In this document: piece after piece, positions 37,395-50,600 of the stretch
Layout: every line of letters starts with the position of its first letter
Numbering within the stretch: the first letter of the stretch is position 1
NCBI GenBank assembly: GCA_052327205.1
Contig: CM126212.1
Span: 16,678,001-16,742,000 of the forward strand
Length of the DNA stretch: 64,000 bases
Direction: 5' to 3'
Source of the DNA: Somniosus microcephalus
Taxonomy: Eukaryota
The notes under the pieces: model-generated
Database searches by the model: none
What the model saw: the letters and a program-made list of their open reading frames with translations, nothing else
Told to the model about the DNA's origin: nothing
Position numbers and translations under genes: made by a program

Positions 37395-38538
37395 ATTGGC
37401 ACACAGTTCTAATAAGATATACATACCATTTTTGGTTTTTATGCAGTGTACTTTTGCCCACTTACTGATAGAAAACACTCATTTTGCGGAAGGCACAAAA
37501 TGTACATAACGTTAATCCTTTTTTTTAAATGATGATCCATGTGCAATTTCATTTAAGCTGAGCCTATTTTATGACAACCTTGATTTGATCATTTTCACAT
37601 TATCTTGAGAAACTTAGAAATCATATACTGAATGGATCATTTTCACATTATTTAGAAATCACATATAGTCTACTTCTGTAAATGTGAAGACTTCTTTATT
37701 TAAAAGGATTCAAGTTATCTAGAAGTTCGAATTAAGCAATTTAAGGTCTATAGGACACATTTTTTGTATGTTTTCAATTCAAGTTAACAAGCAACTTCGA
37801 ATTATCAGTAGATTGCAAGACTACCTGAAAATGTAAGCAATGGCAACAGGACTTTCCAATGACAAAAATACTGTCTATGTTGTCAATTTTTCTTGAAACA
37901 TTTAGAGAGAATACCTGAAGTATTCTCGATAGAAAGCCGTATATTTACCTCTGTTCACAAAAAAATTGACATGCATAAACAGTGGCACACAAACAGTAGA
38001 AAACACCAACAGACATTTCATCCCTGCTTTGTACTACTCTTAATATTCCTACCCCTCCAAAAATAGGTTAACAATTAGTGAAAAGTTCAGAAGAGAACTT
38101 TTGCTTAATAAAGCCGCTGATAAGAACTCGTGCAACATTTTGCAGTTGCAAAGTAAAATTGAAAAATTAATATTTTATTCTTTTTCAACCCGAAATTAGT
38201 GACTGAATTAACGGCAAGATTTGGAGATATAATTCTGGCATTGACAGAAGTGAACAATAGACAATAGGGATTTTTTGGTCAGGGTACGTATGCATAACAA
38301 CAATTGACAGCTATATTATAGTAGGCAGATAAAGTGAGGATAAAGGAGATGCACGAGACGTAGAGCGCCTGACCTCGGGCAGTGGTGTGCTCCAACACAC
38401 ACAGCTCCTTGGCCATGAAGAGACTCAGCTCAACAGGGAGCTTGTGGCTCAAGTGTGCCACCTGATTAATATAGAGCATTATCCCGCTGCATGCGCTACC
38501 AGTGGCAGTGGAGTTCTTGATTGTCCTCGCTACTTTTA

Positions 38539-38862
38539 CATAGAAATGTAGAAGATAGGAGCAGGAGTAGGCCATTCGGCCCCTCGAGCCTGCTCCGCCA
38601 TTCAATGAGATCATGGCTGATCATCCAAATTCAGTACCCTGTCCCTGCCTTCTCCCCATATCCCTTGATCCCTTTAGCCTTAAGAAATATATCTAACTCC
38701 TTCTTGAATATATTTAATGAATTGGCCTCAACTGCCTTCTGTGGTAGAGAATTCCACAGGTTCACCACTCTCTGGGTGAAGAAATTCCTCCTCATCTCTG
38801 TCCTAAATGGCTTACCCCTTATCCTTAGACTGTGACCCCTGGTTCTGGACTCCCCCGCCATC
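38539..38862 (-). mobile_element. CR1 (HER1-like) LINE 3' end
   Basis: SRTRGHSLRIRGKPFRTEMRRNFF...; near-identical to the 22287-22842 and 62070-63102 copies. Confidence 0.92.
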
Positions 38863-41144
38863 CAGGCATCTAAGCACACATCTTAGAAGTCAGCCACTTT
38901 GGCTTTTGGACACTGACACAATAAATTAGAACGACAGCCTCAGGATATAGAAAGTGAATTAATTATATCTTGTGCTTCAGTTTTTGTTATTTGTGTTTAA
39001 TGTATTTTCAATTTATATGCCATAAACTCCTGGTGGTTGCTTGCCGATATGTCCTTTATGCACATGGTGGCGAGGTTGCAGACTCATCCATGGTGCTGCA
39101 GGGAATACAGAAGGCCCACCACATGTACCTGCAACTATCTGTGCCAGTTGTCCTTTGTTGGAGTTACTGCGGGATATTGCTTTCAGGCACAGTATCCATC
39201 ACTTGTGCAGACCAGCACAATGGCACAGCACTGCCACACTGATATTAGTGACAAGTAGTTGCACTTGCACTACTCTAAACATGCAAACGCCAGCAGGCAT
39301 CTCCTCACAATGGTAGTATTCAAGAGATTTGTTCCTACTGTGCCTGTGGCCTTGCCCACAGCAGATGCCACTAATGTTACCATGTGCTTAATGACAGACT
39401 GGAGTACAGATAATCATTCCTTCAGCTTAAATCTGAGTATGGGACTTCTCCACACGACACAGACCAAGGACGAGAACATTTTAAAAATTGTATTTGTACA
39501 GTAATCATGAGCTGGAACCCCAAGCAATTTTCCCTCCTCAATCCAGAGCTGGGGCCAACTGTAACACATCTACCACTTTGCCACTTATATTGGCTAACTC
39601 AACAGAGAATGGGGATCAAACCAAACCTTCCTCATCTACTTGGCTCCAAGAGTAACTTTACCTCTGAGCAATGCTGTATTACCCGTGTGCTCTCTCTTAA
39701 GTCATGCAACATCTCCCTGTTCTCCCATAATGTCCAATCAGTCACTGATAATCTTGACTTCCTGCACACTCGTTGTCTCTTTGCATTGCTGGGTGCAATC
39801 TTCCTCCCCCTCCATCCCTTCAACAACTTGCTCACATCACCCCATTGCAGTTTATCAGCCTTGTTTGTATATCAGGCTTTCCTCTGTTCTCAGAGTTATT
39901 TCACACATAAATTGTGCACTCTAGTTATCTGATGTTTATACTCTTAAGCGGCTCACTAGCTGTTTGAGAAAGGACCATTATCGCAAGTAGATTTTTTTTT
40001 GCTCTTGCTAATAAAAATCGCATTCACGGAAGCCACACACTGCTAAACCATGCATTTCCACAATGTTGTTAGCAGATCGTGGATCACCAATAAAAATGGG
40101 CATTTTTCCCCATTATTTTCTCAAATGCAGCAAATATGGCCGATGATTTTTAATTTCACGGGCATTACTCACACCAAGAAGACAAAACTGAGTTACAGTC
40201 TACCTCACGAGTAGAAATTAAAAACATATTTTACTGGCAGGCACAAGAATGTACATTTATAACGTCAACATTTTTTTTTAAGCTTTAAGGGGGAAAAGAA
40301 CACCTGGGGATAAATACTCCACAGAGCCCGAGAGCGGGAAGAAAGAACAAGCCACCAAATCAGTCTTAAGACAGACTGATTGCACTAACCCCAATGATGA
40401 GAAGCAGATGAACTCCATGTGGATCTCCTTTGCTTGCATCATCACAGCACAACATCTCCAACATTTAGCTGTGAAACTAATATTCAAAGCACCACATAGG
40501 ACCCATGTGAATATATGGAAAACAATTTCAAACCTTAGTACCTGGAACTCATTGAGAGATAAGCAATTACAGTTGGACTTTACTTCTCCCCTTGTTTAAT
40601 TATGTCCTGAATCCTATGCTCATCAATATTAGTCCTGGGGAGAAAAAAAAACACTTTTTGCTGCCAACTTCAGTATCAAGCACTCCCGAATCAGGCAAAG
40701 AGTAAAACTCTCTCTACTCCGCCCCAACAATGTGTGTTAACCATTCCCTCAAAAGGACACCCACTACTGCACCAGGGTAAACGTTTCCATTTTCCATACC
40801 AACCACCCATATGGCCGGAGGAAGATTGCCAGTCTTGTGGTAATTTGTGTTGTACTGTGAGCAGTTCTCTACTGTAGTTTTATACCTACCACAAACTGAG
40901 CTGGAGCTAACCAAATTTATTTTACAGCCAAATAATAGAAAGGACCTTATTCCAAACACCCCAAAGCTAAATTTGAACGTAACCGAAGTAAAAGGTCAGT
41001 ATGTGATTCCACTGCATACATCAATCCCTCCCCTAGCCTCTCCCAAGGGTGTACTTCCCTCTCAACTTTTTTGTTAAAAGTCAGCATACTGTTTTTAAAT
41101 TGAGATTCACGCGTGCAGGGCACCACAAAGGTTGGAAATATTAT

Positions 41145-42794
41145 AGGCTGCATTTTACGAACCACGGTGGGTCGGTGGCGGGTCCCGACACCACTGCTGG
41201 CTCCATCCTGGCCTCTGAAATGAATTTCCCAAGATTGGGTTGTTAAGCCCGCCCAGTGCGTTTCCGAGGCCAATTAGAGGAAGCAGGTCTGATGATGTCA
41301 TTTGAGGATGCGGCATTAGCCGGTTTCCTTAAAAGGGACCACGGCCAAATTTTTTTTGAGATTTGTGCTGTCCATGTTCTACAGCACTGAGGTGCTGCAA
41401 ACACTAACAAGCACTGCACAGAGGTACAGGGCTGCACCCAGACTCTCCTATGACTCCCTCCATATGCTTATGGAGGGAGTCACAGCACGCAGGGAGGTTC
41501 TCTTCCCTTCCCATGGGCAGAAGAGACCTTCTTAGGAGATCTACGCAGCCTGGCTGCACATTGCAGAGAAGGGCACAAGCAGGGATGTGGTCAGGAGGAC
41601 CTGGGTGCAGTGGCAAAAACGTTTAGATGATCTCAGCAGATCACGAAACATTGGTACAAAGCCACATAACTTCATTCTGCTGTGCCTCTCATCACATCCC
41701 CATCACTCTGCCTTCCCTACCCTACTCCTGCACATCCTTACTCACACCAACTTACCTTGCACCTCCACCCATTCCCCTCTATCTACAGTACCACATCCCC
41801 ATATCTCTAGCCACCCCTCACACTCACCCTATTGCAATCATACCAACTAACAACACACAAGGGTAGGCACTTGGATGTTTTATGCAATGTTCATGTAAAC
41901 TTTGTGTTAATGTGGTGTCAAACATTGAAACCTTTATTTTCAACACTTTGCGTTCTTGGTCAGATTTGAGTGCACCTTTGGAAGTGCCTTAGTGGGTTGC
42001 AGTGAATGGCGAGACTTAACGCTACCTCCACAATGGTGATGAGTGTGAAAGGAAGGAATGGCTTGGACATTGTAGGGGTGCTTTATGGTGTTGGTGTGGG
42101 TTGGTGCCAACCTGGCGCATCATGTGGCAGCCAGGGTGTACAGTGTCAAGTGAAGTAAATCTGGCCATGGTGAGGCCATCCCTGGCTTCCCAGGCAGCAA
42201 TGTGGTTGGGGTGCTGATGCCCTCTGTCCTGTACAGCATCAGTTGATTGCAGAGAAGGTTGGTATTGTTATTGGTGCTGCTGGTGATGCTGGTGTTGGGG
42301 CTGATCATGGTGGGATTCTGAGGACCAAGGTGAGAGAGTTTCTAGGGCACCCATGTTGATGGAAAAGATGGCAGGTGAAGTAGAGATGATCTGTCAATGG
42401 TGGGAGAGATAATGAGGTCAGACTGGATGGAGACTTGTGGAAAGACTTGCAGCATCCTGAATCTGTAGTGGAAATGCAGTTTAGAGAAGCTACTGGTATA
42501 GAGAACATTTCGCAATCAGCTGGGAGCTTTGACTTGACATTTGAAGCTGTCAATTCATCAGCTGATGCAATGATCACTGACCTCCCGCCTCAGCTTCACA
42601 GACGAGGTCCAGGCACAACGGGAAACCGGTGGGCAACCTGTCAAATCCAAAAAGCTCAGCGCCGACAGACCCGACATGTGGTAAAAGCGTGTGGTGGCAG
42701 ATACACAACGGGTTCCCGACCCGCTGAGGGAAAAAAACTTTCCCACCCGACCTACCATCGATTGTGACCGCTGACCCATCGCAAAATCCAGCCC
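41145..42794. mobile_element. Internally deleted Harbinger element related to 2462-6656 (opposite orientation)
   Basis: TIR AGGCTGCATTTTACGA / TCGCAAAATCCAGCCC; flanks TAT/TAA; Myb exon remnant on + (~41421-41648, RAAPR...REVLFP...RRTWVQWQKRLDDL); transposase N- and C-terminal remnants fused on - (~42150-42355). Confidence 0.85.
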
Positions 42795-44259
42795 TAAGTA
42801 TTGAGATGAGGCAAATCAAAAAGCAATGAGTAGATAAGAACCTATAGGAGGAAGGGAAAACTGAGGGAGGAAGAGTTAAGATAATGCAATGAGTCTTCAT
42901 TGCAACACAAGTCCCACAGTTGCTAGTCAAAATATTGCAGTATTACTGAAACTTAACAAATTTGCCAAGTGCCATGAAACTTCAGTACTAACTGTACACA
43001 AGCAGAAAGTTTACAGTATGTCACCTCCACAACTAGAACACATTACAGGCCAAGTTTCCTATTCTAGAAAAGCATGTGCCTGCAATGTTTTCAATGGGCA
43101 ATGGTAACAAATGGGGAATGTGCCTACATAAATAAGTGTGGGGGGGGGGGGGGGGGTGGAAAGAGTCCCCTCCTGCACTGAACCAGCAGCTCCCATAGCC
43201 AACCCTCAAGTCAAGATAGAAAGCGTTTTATAAAGTGCTTATACAACATAAAAGAATGTGATTATAGCTACCCCAAGGGGATAAATGACTACTGAGATCA
43301 GAGGCCAGCTGCCTGAATGCAATCCACAGCACACCTCAGAGGCTGTAAACTTCATGGAGTTTACTGATAAACCAATCAGGAGAAGAAACGAGCCAGTAAA
43401 ACAAATAAGCCCACAAATGGTAGCCAGCTGGCTGGACGTCTGCCTCACTTAACCCTGCAACTACTGGCCTTTGCTTGATACATCGGAGTTATGTCATAGG
43501 AATATATTCTCAAATTTTAAAGCAGTGCATCTGAGCTGGTTAACACCATTAATCTTGCACCTATAAAAGGAGACATACCTGTGTGTGTATTCGCTTTCAA
43601 AATGAGAGTTAAAAAAAAATTCTTCTGAAGCAAAACACATTGGAGGATTCCTCTTTCATATACACACACTTAGTCTTTAACTTAAAAAAACTAATCTGCT
43701 TAATATATAGTGGTTGCAGTCTGTTTCATTATTTGACAGCCATGTGCACATGGCTCCAATTAGTCTCAACATAAATACATCTCAACGTACAATATTGTAT
43801 ACTTTGATAGCTACATGATGCAGATTCTCAGCAAAAGTGCACAGGTCAAAGCTGGTTTCTAAATGTCACAGTGTCCTGGTGTACTAGGACAGTGGGCCAA
43901 ATGGAAGGCAGGATGTGGGTTTCCATCCACTATTTCCTCCACAATCAGCTTACTCAAGAATTACAAGTATAGAATCAATATCATCGAGCTCCTGACCAGC
44001 TATTGAAAAGGACTCCCTTCACCGTCGCTACTGAGGTGGACCACTTGGGCTGATTATAAACCATGATTTACAGGCATCTTCATATTTCATAGGCTGCCAA
44101 TGGCGTAGTCTAGTTTTGATATTCATGGGGTAGAATGTTTGTCTCCTTGGCACAGGAGTAATGATGAAGGAAAGTGTTCTCATTTGTGCTCATATGTAAT
44201 AATTGTTTTCAATTTGACAATGGGGAGGCAAAACAAAATATGCAGAAATATATATTTAA

Positions 44260-44385
44260 TTATTTGTTCCTGGGATGTGGGCGGCGCTGGCAAGGCCAGC
44301 ATTTATTGCCCATCCCTAATTGCCCGAGAAGGTGGTGGTGAGCCGCCTTCTTGAATCGCTGCATTCCGTGTGATAACCAGCATTA
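44260..44385 (-). mobile_element. LINE/SINE 3' tail fragment (family of 13100-13853)
   Basis: GGGATGTGGGCGGCGCTGGCAAGGCCAGCATTTATTGCCC. Confidence 0.7.
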
Positions 44386-44403
44386 CTGTGTTGCCCCCAA
44401 GAG

Positions 44404-46366
44404 AAATAGGAACATAAGAAAAAGAGGAGTAGGCCATATGGCCCCTCGAGCCTGCTCCGCCATTCAATAAGATCATGGCTGATCATCGACCTCAAATCTA
44501 CTTTCCCGCCCGATCTCCATATCCCTTGATTCCCCATGAGTCCAAAAATCTATCTATCTCAGCCTTGAATATACTCAAAGACTCAGCATTCACAGCCCTC
44601 TGGGGCAGAGAATTCCAAAGATTCACAACCCACTGAGTGAAGAAATTCCTCCGCATCTCAGTCTTGAATGGCCTATCGCTTATCCTGAGACTATGCCCCC
44701 TAGTTCTAGACACTCCAGCCAGGGGGAAACAACTTCTCAGCATCTACCCTGTCAATCCTCCTCGGAATCTTGTATGTTTCAATGAGATCACCTCTCATTC
44801 TTCTAAAATCCAGAGTAGAGGCCCATTCTACACAATCTCTCATCATAGGCCAGCCCTCTCATCCAAGGAATTAATCTAGTGAACCTTCGTTGCACCGCCT
44901 CCAAGACAAGTATATCCTTCCTTAGATAAGGAGACCAAAACTGTGCACAGTACTCCAGGTGTGGTCTCACCAAGGCCCTGTACAATTGTAGCAAGACTTC
45001 CTTACTCTTATACTCCAACACCCTTGCAACAAAGGCCAACATGCCATTTGCCTTCCTTATTGCTTGCTGTACCTGCATGCTAGCTTTCTGTGTTTCTTGC
45101 ACGAGGACACCCAAATCTCTCTGAACACCAACATTTGAAAGTTTCTCACCATTTAAAAAATATTCTGTTTTTCTATTCTTCTTACCAAAGTGAATAACCT
45201 CACATTTCCCGACATTATACTCCATCTGCCACCTTACTGCCCACTCACTCAGTCTATCGATATCCCTTTGCAGACTCTCTGGGGGAGAAATTGGGTGGAG
45301 TCACAAACGGGGCGCCAAGCTCGCCTGGGCGCTGGTTTTTGCACTGCGATCGGAGCAGCAGCGATCGCCGGAAATTCAGCTCGAGCGCCCCAAGAGGGAC
45401 ACGGGGCGAGGCTCGAGGCGCTCTGCGTCCCTCTTAGGGCACTGAAACTGAATATCGCAGCGCAACGTGCTGCAGCGCCACACGCTGCGCTGCGGTACTG
45501 CAGGCCTTCCTCCCATTCTTAAGGGGGAGGGGCCTGCACCAGCGCGATGAACGATCGCGAGTGCTGGCAACAGAGCCCGGCACCGAGGAGAAGTGCCGGG
45601 CTCTCGGAAAACAGCCGGCAATGCCGCGGGGGGAGAACAGGAGGCCGGGGACGGAGGTGCTGGCAGGCGGCCGCCGAAAAAAACAGCCGCCCCGCACCTC
45701 CACCTTAATTTGCGCCACTGCCGCCACAGGTAGACCCCGTGAACCGGGCGCGATTAGCGAGCGGCGCTACAGAGGCGATCGCTGCCAAATATCGCGATCG
45801 GGGCGGTAGCGGGGCGCTGCGCACACCGATGACGTCATCTGTGGCGGCGCAGCGCAACAGGCTAACGCCGCCATTAGCGCCCCAGCTAAATATCGCGGGA
45901 GGCATGGCCAGTGGCACTAAAGCCACTGAGTGGCCTCTTTAGGCGCTAACTGGTGGCGCAGCCCAGCGAATTTCTCCCCCTTTGTGTCCTCCTCACAGCT
46001 TACTGTCCCACCTAGCTTTGTATCATCAGCAAACTTGGATTCATTACACTCGGTCCCTTCATCTAGGTCATTAATATAGATTGTAAATAGCTGAGGCCGC
46101 AACACTGATCCTTGCGGCACCCTACTAGTTACAGCCTGCCAACCTGAAAAAGATCAATTTATCCTTACTCTCTGTTTTCTGTCCATTAACCAATCCTCTA
46201 TAATACCCCCAACCCCATATCTTGTGTAATAACCTTTTATGTGGCACCTTATCGAAAGCCTTTTGGAAATCCAAATATACTATATCCACTGGTTCCCCTT
46301 TATCTCCCCTGCTAATTACATCCTCAGAAAACTCCAATAAAATTGTCAAACACGATTTCCCTTTCC
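44404..46366 (-). mobile_element. CR1 LINE ORF2 3' portion (RT), interrupted by a MITE
   Basis: [52 protein letters not shown] and 3' tail; contains frameshifts. Confidence 0.93.
45281..45980. mobile_element. CpG-rich Harbinger-type MITE
   Basis: Perfect 12-bp TIR GGGGGAGAAATT / AATTTCTCCCCC; flanks TCT/TTT; removing it restores the CR1 sequence. Confidence 0.9.
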
Positions 46367-47274
46367 AAATAGACTCTCACTCTGCACAAAAGGTAGGGCT
46401 TTAAAAAAAGCTATTTATGGAAAGAGGCTCAGTTTAGAATGTTTTGTGCCCTTAGGGATGGAAAGATGGTTCAGGCAGTTAACAAAAGGAAGTCCCAAAA
46501 GTAGAAATTTCTGATGCCATGGGAGTGTGTTAACAGTACAGAAATTTGGGCAAAGCTCATGAAGGGTGCACAGGAAATATGAAGAAACCTCTACAATTTC
46601 AGGAAATGGATTTAAGTTCTTTTTCAATAAAATGACGGAAAAATAGGTTTTTGGTTCAGTGAATTTCCCAGGTGAGCAGTCGAGCCATATGAGCAAGGTA
46701 TGATCCCATGGCTTGCGTTCAGCACACTGATCTCACCCTAGCCGGTTGTAAAGCTGCCCTTAGCACCCCTGGATTAGGATAGGGGGGCGGGGCAGGCAGA
46801 AATTGGCCAGCGTTCCTACTCCAGATCAGCATTCAGCAGCCCTGCTAGAAGTAGAGAGAGAAAACTGGCAATTATATTTGTTCCACGCAACCAGAGTCAA
46901 CAAAACTTTGGTGGCTCTAAATATTCCCATTTGAAAAGTAGGCTCCACGTACATGAATTATTTCACTCTGGTTAAGCTTTCCATTAAACTGCAAATGACT
47001 TTTTTCCGATATATAGTCAAAGCAAGAGAGGGAAACAATACATTTTCGCCCCCAAAAAATGATAAAAGCTGAAAAAGCCGATGGGTAAAAGCCTCCATGA
47101 GTTGAAGGAGCATCGAGAAGCCTGATCCAACTCCAGAAGCCTTGCAACCATCAGGCAGAACGTCTACAGCCATCAAAAAGCCTGCAGCATGTGGAGCAGT
47201 TTTCTCCAGTTGAGGAACTGTACTCTCAAAACGATGCAAAAGAAAGACACTTACTTATCTGGAGTTGTTTAAGT

Positions 47275-47540
47275 TAGGCTGACCATACGTCCCTGTTTTC
47301 CAGGGACAGTCCCCGGATGAGGTACTGTGTCCCCGGGCAAACAACATCCCCGAGTAGACTAGAGCCATGAGTCATTGGAATATATGCATATCATACTGTT
47401 AGACAGAATCACAGTTTCAGGTCAATGGACTGAAGAGTGTTATTGCATTATTTATAAAACGGTGTCTGAATGCGCTTCAATAGTGTGACGTCACATCCGC
47501 GCCAACTATATGCACATTTGTTTTGCATTTCTAATGTATC

Positions 47541-47576
<36 letters not shown>

Positions 47577-47656
47577 ACATTGCGCAACCTACATTTTCCG
47601 TCCTGGCTACTTTACTGTGCATCTCCAGATTTTGTTTAGAAAATATGGTCACCCTA
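47275..47656. mobile_element. hAT (Blackjack-like) MITE
   Basis: TIR TAGGCTGACCATA / TATGGTCACCCTA; exact 8-bp TSD GTTTAAGT (47267-47274, 47657-47664). Confidence 0.9.
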
Positions 47657-48013
47657 GTTTAAGTGTGCAATGAGACGAGAGTTTTCCAGGCCACATGCTT
47701 CGGTGCATTAGTGCTGAGGATTCGGTTTCCCTTTGGGAGGAGGACTGGTTTTTGGGAAGCAGTATCAGCAGAGAGGGAGAAGTTGAGATTTGGTTAACGC
47801 TAGCCACATACAAATGGCAAACCTAAACCACTTCATTCATTTACAGCACTGCTGCCTAAAAATCAAACAAGAACCAATTTCCTCTTAAGCACCCCAAGAC
47901 AATTTAAGGAGAAATCACATTTTAAGAAAATGGAAATTACTGATTATCCTATCAAAAAAATTATGGGTTTTACAGAACATGTAAATTTACATACTAAATT
48001 CAAAATGTATTTA

Positions 48014-48266
48014 CAGGAAACTCTTCTTTATCTGGCACCGACGGGACCGGCGTGGTGCCAGTTGATCAAAAAGTCCGGATTACAGAGAGGTATACTTACC
48101 AAGGTACGAGAGCCCCGTACACAGCCACAGATCCAGGCGTCCCTGTTGCAGGAACCCCGGTTACACGGCCATTAATATGAAGTAAAACTTACCTGAACCT
48201 ACTCCTGAATTTTGCTGGTTAAGAGAGATTTCCGGTTATTTAGGTGCCAGTAAAGAGAGTTTCCTG
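48014..48266. mobile_element. pogo/Tigger-like MITE, inverted and shorter relative of 30700-31033
   Basis: TA|CAGGAAACTCT ... AGAGTTTCCTG|TA; interior matches the reverse complement of 30700-31033. Confidence 0.88.
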
Positions 48267-49127
48267 TACTTCATCAATAACACTTTTGATAGCATATCTA
48301 TAAAAAGGAAGGACTTGTTTGGGCCTGATGGCCTTTTTGTCATCTAAAAATGTTAATAGCCAATAATATCTTGTTGTAGGCATCACATATTTGTACCCCT
48401 CAGTCTATCGGAACACTTTTTGTGCCTCTGCATTGCACAGTCCAGAATTTTAACAAGGTTCTCTTGAAAACCATTCATCTTCATTCTGTCCCAATCATCA
48501 CCTCCTCCACACACACACACATAACGAAATAACCTAAAGGAAGAATATAAAATAGTGACCTTATTTAAAAAAAAAGGACATTTTACAAAAAGTGCTCAAT
48601 TATCATTGATATTTATATTTAAAAAAAATCAAAAATGCATTAACACGATCCAAGGAAACTAAACTTTAGGTCTTGTTATACTTGGGTCATTATTTTTGAA
48701 TTATTGTTGTCAACAAATCTCGTCCACTAATGCCGGATAAGTAAATGCATGGAAACAATAACCGAACCATTTGAATAAATCAAAAACATACCAAACTTGA
48801 CATGATGACAAATGGGATGCACATTTTATACATTAAACCTGATGGGGTTGACTTTCTCGTGTGTAAATCAACATGTACTAACTAGGACTGGGACAAATCT
48901 GAGCCTCTAAAAAGGAGATTTTATCCAAAACTTACCATCTGCCTTGGGAGGTTCAGGAGTGATACCAGTCAGCAGCAACACACAGACATTATAAATACAA
49001 AATACAAGACGGTATCAATGATTTCATGAGGAATCGCACTCGACTATTGCTCCAGAATAAGTTAGCCTAGATGGCTAGTTAGCATGAAAGTTTTTACAAG
49101 ACTAATTTTGTCACATGCCAACCAGGG

Positions 49128-49385
49128 TGTCCGATAGCCTTGTGATTATGGACTAGGAACCCAAAGGTCATTAGTTCAAATTTCAGCACTGCAAGTCGTG
49201 AAACTGAAATCAATAAATCGGGTAATTTGTGGGCTAGTATCAGAAGGTACCATGAAATCCGCTAATGACTCCTATCTGGTCAGTCTGACACGTTGACTCC
49301 AGTTCCACAATTTCCTCAGGGCAACTCGGGATAATAAATACTGCCTTGGTAGGGTCATCTACATCCCAAGAACACAATAAAAAAG
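49128..49385 (+). mobile_element. MetaSINE-like SINE, highly diverged
   Basis: Colinear similarity to 21612-21996. Confidence 0.55.
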
Positions 49386-50059
49386 ACATGTTGCAGAACA
49401 GGAGGCCAGCATTCCTGTAGTGTACTTGCTATGCAAACCTGGAAATTTCCAACGTAAAAGGTTGCAGTTAGGTCTGCCGTTCCGTATATTCTCGTACGTT
49501 TCCCTTTTGGCTATAGATTACATGAAATTAAATAGTTCCTTATATGCCATGCCAAAATGGCCAGTGCCAAGCTTAAACGTAGCAGCAATTTTCATATTTT
49601 GAGTACAAAATAAACAACTTAAATCTGTCAGATGTGTCAGCAACATAACCATTCAAGGGCAATAGGGTTTATGCACTCCTGAAGTCAGAAGGTACACGAA
49701 CCATATTTTTATTTCCCTCCTCCCCATCAGATATGTTTTTAAATAATATGTGGGGACTATGGCTGGTTTATTTGCAGTGCATTACCTCTGGAACTAATAC
49801 AGTACTTCCAAAATATTATGATGCTCAGTCATGCGTGCCCCAAGAAGGCAGCCTTTTAATCGTCCCTCCTTCCTGCGGTCTTTTAGACGAGTAATTTTTT
49901 TTGCCATATACCATCACTCTATAGCAGGACTGTCCAAAAGTTCTCTTTGGAGGCTGCTTACTTGCCATGGTGCCTCATTTAAAATTTAAATCAATGTCCC
50001 CATTCATTTGCTTGTATTTCACACTGTAGATACCAACAGATTTTGGTGCTCTGATTTAT

Positions 50060-50600
50060 AATTTGCATACCAGTGAGCCAATTGCACCAAGTACAGACCT
50101 TTGCAAACCTCTATGGTAATCAAACTGTTGTCTGACCAAAACAGCTGCAGCATGACATTCTCCGACTTGTACTCTACTCAAAACTGATCTGGCTACATAG
50201 TTCAGCATTCTATGTGCTTTGTTGATTGCTGCATGCTGGATTGACTACATAAATAAAAGGCCGTCTACCAGCACCCCTAGATATCTCTAAACTTCAGCTT
50301 TAACTACATAAAACCATTCTTTCTTCCAATGTGCAGTTTTTTTTTTTACACGTACCCACATTTTGTAGGTTCTTGACTGCCTCTTCAAATCTGACTGCCC
50401 CATGTAGTTTGGTATCTCTGTGAATGTTGCATTGAGCTTCTGAATCCAGGTCACTTGTGTAAATTAAAAACATTGGGTGTACAAACACCAATTTTTGGGG
50501 GCACTCCACTCGGTACTGCCCCCTCCCCTACCACGATATTACTCCTCTAACCAGTACCTGCTGCTTCATACCCTTTAGCCATTTCTTATTGATTCCTCGG
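50060..50600 (-). mobile_element. Highly degraded CR1 RT fragment
   Basis: Remnants of the PQ..V...MFLIY..DLD and DTKL motifs. Confidence 0.55.

Noticed and set aside
37586-37668. Short direct repeat GATCATTTTCACATTAT...TTAGAAATCA
   Set aside because: Only two copies; an ordinary local duplication, not an array or CRISPR.
39632-39940. Possible CR1 ORF1 esterase remnant
   Set aside because: Similarity too faint to support by eye.
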